11,327 nucleotides of DNA, from the NCBI GenBank assembly GCA_004524535.1, contig SDNY01000112.1:1-11327 (forward strand), given 5' to 3'. A program made the translations under genes and the position numbers. The notes beneath the pieces were generated by a model, which was given only the letters and a program-made list of their open reading frames with translations, had not been told where the DNA came from and did not search any database. This stretch comes from Promethearchaeota archaeon. Lineage in GTDB: Archaea > Asgardarchaeota > Lokiarchaeia > Sigyniarchaeales > SOKP01. Position 1 is the first letter of the stretch, and each line of letters begins with the position of its first letter. This document shows, in pieces, positions 7,347 to 11,327 of the stretch.

Positions 7347-8819
7347 TTACATCAACTCCTCCGAGGTTATAATTCCTACAACTTTTTTATTATCGTCAAT
7401 AACTGGTAAAGCTGAGATATTATTATTTCTCATTTTTCTAGCTGCAATCTCAATAGGATCGTTATCAGAAGCTGTAACTACTCGTTTTGTGATTATTTCT
7501 TTTAATTCTGTCTTGTTTTGTGCCAATGCTTTAGTAATATCAAAACTAGTAACTATTCCTAGTAAAATTTTTGCTCGATTCGTTATTACTATGTGATTCA
7601 TATTATTTTGAATAATTTTTTCGGCAACAATTTTAATATCACAATCATCATAACAAATTATTGCTTTCTTTTTTAAATCCTTTACAAATTTTAATTCTGA
7701 AATTTGTTTCAATGGTTTACAAATAGTTTCTGTAGATAATGTTTCAGCAGGAGGGTTTAATAAGAATTCTCCATTTTTTATCCATTTTTTAAGAGTTTCA
7801 GCAATTTTTCTCGCGTAGAAGATTGAGGATAAAGAAGAACATTTTATAAATTTTCCATTGAGTTCGACAAATCCACTTTTTAATTCTTTATAGCTTACTT
7901 GTCGTAGTATTGGTCTATCTCTTCTTGGGATTCCATAATCAACAACATCTGTTAAAACTTCATTGTCGCTAATGGCGGTCTTTTTCGCTAATCCTTCATT
8001 TAAAATTGGAATTGGAATCCCCACTCCAACAAACATGGATGTACCATATTTTGGATAGGTAACTCCTTTTAAATATTCTGAAGTCATTTGCTTTAAATCT
8101 CCTTTAAGAAATAGCGTTCCAAATCTACTTTTAGGACTATGTTGTGTCCCCTCTCCCATAATATATCCAATTCCTCCACCTAAAAAAATTCTTGTACCGA
8201 TTCCTATTGTCTCATAATCTGGATCATTAGTTAAAGGATTTAAAGCTCCAGCTCCCGCAAAATGAGCATTTCCAAAACGCGGTAATAATTTACCCATATA
8301 AGTATATAAGGTTCTATCGGAACTGTTTACCGCACAAACATATCGTTGGTAAGCATTTCTCGGATTACATAAAATTGCTTGGTTTAAATCTTTGATTGTA
8401 AGCTCGGTATCAACTTCTGCGAGAGGATAACAATCAGTAGTATATGAGTTTCCTCGAATTCTAATTGGTTTGCCTGCAACGAGATCTTCAATTACATGAC
8501 CACCACCATATTCAAAGGGTCTGACATCAGCCATTCTAGTACAGCCTATATAACAGTCTGCAGCAGCATTTCCATGATATGCATGGACCTCATTTAACCA
8601 GAGATGCTCATACTTTATTGGAGGATCTGCGTGTCCAAAATTTAAAAAAGCACCACTTGAACACATTGGTCCAAAAGTCCCAGTTGTGACTATGTCTACT
8701 TCTTCTGCAGCAACTGTAATCCCTTTTTCTTCAACAATTTTTATCATTTCTTCGGCTGTAACTACCACAACATTGCCATTTTTAATTTTTTCATTAATTT
8801 CAGCATAAGTCTTTGTCAA
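7347..8819 (-). CDS. Homocysteine biosynthesis enzyme, L-aspartate semialdehyde sulfurtransferase (DUF39 + tandem CBS; MA1821/MJ0100-like)
   Basis: DUF39 signatures KTYAEINEKIKNG-x-VVVTAEE, VDIVTTGTFGPMCSSGAFLNFGH, YGGGHVIEDLVAGK, TDCYP, NPRNAYQ, TLYTYMG and NDPDYETIGIGTRIFLGG; C-terminal CBS pair (GIVTSFDI, LPVID...GIITSEEL). TTG start preceded by GGTGAT. Confidence 0.95.
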   Translation of the reverse strand: MTKTYAEINEKIKNGNVVVVTAEEMIKIVEEKGITVAAEEVDIVTTGTFGPMCSSGAFLNFGHADPPIKYEHLWLNEVHAYHGNAAADCYIGCTRMADVRPFEYGGGHVIEDLVAGKPIRIRGNSYTTDCYPLAEVDTELTIKDLNQAILCNPRNAYQRYVCAVNSSDRTLYTYMGKLLPRFGNAHFAGAGALNPLTNDPDYETIGIGTRIFLGGGIGYIMGEGTQHSPKSRFGTLFLKGDLKQMTSEYLKGVTYPKYGTSMFVGVGIPIPILNEGLAKKTAISDNEVLTDVVDYGIPRRDRPILRQVSYKELKSGFVELNGKFIKCSSLSSIFYARKIAETLKKWIKNGEFLLNPPAETLSTETICKPLKQISELKFVKDLKKKAIICYDDCDIKIVAEKIIQNNMNHIVITNRAKILLGIVTSFDITKALAQNKTELKEIITKRVVTASDNDPIEIAARKMRNNNISALPVIDDNKKVVGIITSEELM

Positions 8820-8933
8820 ATTATCACCAATTAGTAGAATTAATTTTAATTAATATTTATAAGGATATATTGTTTATAAATAATTAAGTACTGAAATATA
8901 TTGTATATGGATAAATTATAATTTAGATGGATA
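8820..8933. promoter_or_regulatory. Divergent promoter region between the homocysteine synthase operon and the HTH-CBS regulator
   Basis: 114-bp AT-rich gap. Palindromic TATA-like TTTATAAA at 8873-8880; ATATATTGT at 8865-8873 and 8896-8904; ATGGATAA at 8907-8914 and 8927-8934; perfect palindrome TAAATTATAATTTA at 8912-8925. Confidence 0.55.
8823..8828 (-). promoter_or_regulatory. Archaeal-type Shine-Dalgarno GGTGAT upstream of the TTG start of the DUF39-CBS gene
   Basis: Plus-strand atcacc (8823-8828) reads GGTGAT on the minus strand, 3 nt before TTG at 8819. Confidence 0.65.
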
Positions 8934-9494
8934 ATGCCAATTCTGCCAGAACTAAAGGAATTAAAAGATTTAAGAAAAGATTTACATATAAGCCAAAAAT
9001 ATATTGAGAAGAATCTAAATATACCTCAAGCAACTATATCCAGAATTGAAAATGGCATTGGTAATCCTTCATATATTACGGTAAAAAATATTTTTAATTT
9101 CTTGGAAAATGAAAAGTTGAGAAGGGAAAAGTCCGACAAAAACGTAATAGATATCATGACTGACACAATAATATGGGTTGAATCAAAAACAACAGTTAAA
9201 GATACAGTTGAGTTAATGACAATACATAACGTGTCCCAAATACCTATTTTAGAAGATTCCAAAAACATTGGAAGCATAACTGCAAAAAAAATCCAAAAAG
9301 AAATTATAGATAATCCAATATTAATTAATGCTGAAGTCACAATAATTATGGAACTTTCCTTTCCGGAAATCGACCTAAGTTGGGATATTAAAGCAATTTC
9401 AAACTTACTGATTATTTATCCAGCAGTTTTAGTAAAAAAAAATAATATTTATATTGGAATAATTACAGATGCAGACTTATTGAAAATATCTTAA
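8934..9494 (+). CDS. XRE/Cro-type HTH transcriptional regulator with C-terminal tandem CBS domains (COG3620-like)
   Basis: LKDLRKDLHISQ...IPQATISRIENG-x-GNPSY HTH; CBS pair DIMT...VSQIPIL...IGSIT and AVLV...IGIITDADLL. Confidence 0.93.
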   Translation: MPILPELKELKDLRKDLHISQKYIEKNLNIPQATISRIENGIGNPSYITVKNIFNFLENEKLRREKSDKNVIDIMTDTIIWVESKTTVKDTVELMTIHNVSQIPILEDSKNIGSITAKKIQKEIIDNPILINAEVTIIMELSFPEIDLSWDIKAISNLLIIYPAVLVKKNNIYIGIITDADLLKIS

Positions 9495-9584
9495 AAAATT
9501 TGATTTGTGGGTATCATCCTCGATAATTTTAAAAATGGTGGCAGCAGAGGCTTTAATATCCATTTTTCTCTCTATTTTTGGAAT
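9477..9584 (-). pseudogene. Short remnant resembling the N-terminus of an SRPBCC (START/polyketide cyclase-like) protein
   Basis: The minus strand reads (I)PKIERKMDIKASAATIFKIIEDD then THKSNFLRYFQ*. An SD-like GAGTTGA (9598-9592) precedes an ATT codon (9584-9582) at the expected start position. The pattern matches the SRPBCC start 'M-x-x-I-E-x-x-I-x-I-x-A-x-x-x-x-V/I-F/Y-x-x-L/I-x-D'. Confidence 0.4.
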
Positions 9585-9686
9585 TTCTAAATCAACTCTT
9601 TAAATTAATTCGTTTTAATGTTTTAATAATTATTTATAGTTATATATAAAGTTTTAATTCGCTTAACCTAGAAAATAAAAAGTATT

Positions 9687-9696
9687 AAAAAAAAAA
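9687..9696 (-). terminator. T10 tract downstream of the 157-aa membrane protein gene, putative terminator
   Basis: A run of ten A on the plus strand, about 30 nt past the minus-strand stop at 9728. Confidence 0.45.
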
Positions 9697-9727
9697 TTAA
9701 AAATTTAATGATTCCTTTTACCTGTAT

Positions 9728-10201
9728 TTAATCAAGAAGTCCTCCAACTAAGGCTAAAATTCCCCCAATAATACAGACATAGAATCCAACGAATGGTACC
9801 AACATTCCTGCTGCCAAGGACACCCAAGTTGGAACTCCAAATCCCCCATAAACACCAATAATATAAACTATCATGCCAAGTAACCCTAAAAGGCCACCAA
9901 GCATAGCTCCCTTTGATTCGCTTTTTGCCATTGCAAGAGCAAGAATCGCACCTAATATGATGATTACCATGCATATAATTCCGAGAATATCCGCCTCGAA
10001 GTTTGACGCTGATGCTGAAGCAGATACCCCTCCAGCAGAAGCTGTAGCTATCGCATATGCAAAACCAAACATCCAATAGTATATTGATACACTAACACTT
10101 ATACCCCAGCCTGAAGCAGACATACTGAAAAATAACACTGGTAAGAACACGGAAATAAGCATTAGGACTCCGCCTATTAGAACTAAAGACTTTTTTGCCA
10201 T
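9728..10201 (-). CDS. Hypothetical 4-TM membrane protein with claudin/PMP22-like topology
   Basis: TM1 (LVLIGGVLMLISVFLP), a beta-rich loop (FFSMSAS, ISVSVSIYYWMFG, AYAIATAS), TM2, a short charged loop KSESK, TM3, and TM4 with GFYVCIIGGILALVGG. The CDS is likely real; the fold is inference. Confidence 0.7.
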   Translation of the reverse strand: MAKKSLVLIGGVLMLISVFLPVLFFSMSASGWGISVSVSIYYWMFGFAYAIATASAGGVSASASASNFEADILGIICMVIIILGAILALAMAKSESKGAMLGGLLGLLGMIVYIIGVYGGFGVPTWVSLAAGMLVPFVGFYVCIIGGILALVGGLLD

Positions 10202-10408
10202 ATTATTTCACTTATATATATATTTATTTGATTTTCGTTTTTTTATTTAACATTGAATTTTATAAGATTTCAATAATAACTACTTTATTTTTTACTATTT
10301 AAACTTTATACATAATTTCCAAGATATTAAAAGTAGAACTTGGTTTTTATTTAGTTAATTTAATTCAACTCTAAAAATATTTAATACAAAATAGAAATTT
10401 AAATAGAT

Positions 10409-11327
10409 GTGACTAAAGAGAAATTAGTAAATTCTTCTGATTCAACTAATAGTTCAATTTCACTTATTTTTTTAATACTTACCACAATACTTTGGGGCTC
10501 TACTTTTATCATTACGAAAAATATGACTCAAACAGTCCCTATATTCATATATCTTGGCTTGAGGTTCCTTATTGCTCTCATTGGTTTTGCTCCCTTTCTT
10601 TATCGCTTAAAAGAAATAAATAAAAATATTGTTCTTTTTGGATTTATTGCTGGATTCTTATACTTTCTCGCAATAGTTTTTCAAACCTATGGACTTCAAA
10701 CAACATCGGCGGGAAAGGCAGGTTTTATTACTGGTTTAAGTACTATTATAGTTCCATTTATAGTATGGATATTATATAAAAAACCATTAGATAAGAAAAT
10801 ATGGTTGGCAGTCTGTTTGTCAATAATCGGTATGGCATTTTTGATGTTGGAAGGAGAAAGTGGAATTATAATCGGTGATATTCTTGTCCTAATCTGTGCT
10901 TTTTTTTGCGCTCTTTTCATTATAATGAATGATAAATATGTAAGAATTGTTGATGTGTATTTATATTCAATAGTCCAGTTACTTGTTATCACAATACTCT
11001 GCTTTTTATTTTCCTTCCTAATAAATGAGGATTATGATTTATACTCAGCAAATATTGGTTTTTGGCTAATTATGATTTATATGGGGCTTATCGTTACAAC
11101 CCTTACCTTCTTTTTTCAAAATTGGAGCCAAAAACATATAGAACCTAGCAAAACAGCTATTATTTTTACACTTGAACCTGTTTTCGCAGTGTTATTCGCA
11201 AGCTGGATTATTGGAAGCGAAATTTTGTCTTGGCTAGGATGGCTTGGATGTGGTTTGATTTTTATAGCAATTCTAATTACTGTTATAAAATCAGGATCGA
11301 GCCTTGAAGTTTCTGATGAAACAGATG
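10409..11327 (+). CDS. EamA / DMT (drug-metabolite transporter) family permease, 3' end beyond the window
   Basis: Translated by hand; absent from the ORF track because there is no stop in the window. GTG at 10409 follows in-frame TAA at 10400-10402. Motifs: LTTILWGSTFIITK, LGLRFLIA, QTYGLQTTSAGKAGFITGLSTIIVP, GDILVLICAFF, QNWSQKHIEPSKTAIIFTLEPVFA. Confidence 0.93.
   Translation, partial: MTKEKLVNSSDSTNSSISLIFLILTTILWGSTFIITKNMTQTVPIFIYLGLRFLIALIGFAPFLYRLKEINKNIVLFGFIAGFLYFLAIVFQTYGLQTTSAGKAGFITGLSTIIVPFIVWILYKKPLDKKIWLAVCLSIIGMAFLMLEGESGIIIGDILVLICAFFCALFIIMNDKYVRIVDVYLYSIVQLLVITILCFLFSFLINEDYDLYSANIGFWLIMIYMGLIVTTLTFFFQNWSQKHIEPSKTAIIFTLEPVFAVLFASWIIGSEILSWLGWLGCGLIFIAILITVIKSGSSLEVSDETD

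Noticed and set aside
9026-9340. 104-aa minus-strand ORF
   Set aside because: Antisense to the HTH-CBS regulator.
9732-10079. Cys/Trp-rich 114-aa minus-strand ORF and 68-aa plus-strand ORF
   Set aside because: Off-frame and antisense readings of the 157-aa membrane protein; the Cys/Trp richness follows from shifted Gly/Ala/Val codons.
10696-10992. 98-aa minus-strand ORF
   Set aside because: Antisense to the EamA transporter.
1-11327. tRNA, rRNA, CRISPR array, IS element or integrase
   Set aside because: No GC-rich structured RNA segment, regularly spaced repeats, terminal inverted repeats or transposase/integrase motifs were seen by eye.

Overview
AT-rich prokaryotic window, most likely archaeal and probably Asgard (Lokiarchaeia-like). 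That placement is an inference from gene content, GGTGA/GGAG ribosome-binding motifs and T-tract terminators. From left to right: the 5' end of a minus-strand gene; a decayed, GC-richer LamG-domain gene remnant; a divergent PAP2 phosphatase / DedA (TVP38/TMEM64) pair, the DedA carrying an extra soluble C-terminal domain; a 363-aa protein with a longin/uDENN-like N-terminus and winged-helix-like repeats; an SDR oxidoreductase; an hdrC-hdrB pair with no hdrA in the window; the methanogen-type homocysteine biosynthesis pair (DUF39-CBS and NIL-ferredoxin); a divergent HTH-CBS regulator; a short SRPBCC-like remnant; a 4-TM claudin-like membrane protein; and an EamA/DMT transporter running off the right edge. 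I found no rRNA, tRNA, CRISPR array or intact mobile element. The best candidates for undescribed biology are the longin + winged-helix protein (NPRL2/3-like architecture), the PAP2+DedA pair as a possible lipid-carrier recycling module, and the HTH-CBS / homocysteine synthase / HdrBC sulfur locus. All family assignments come from reading motifs by eye, not from database searches.
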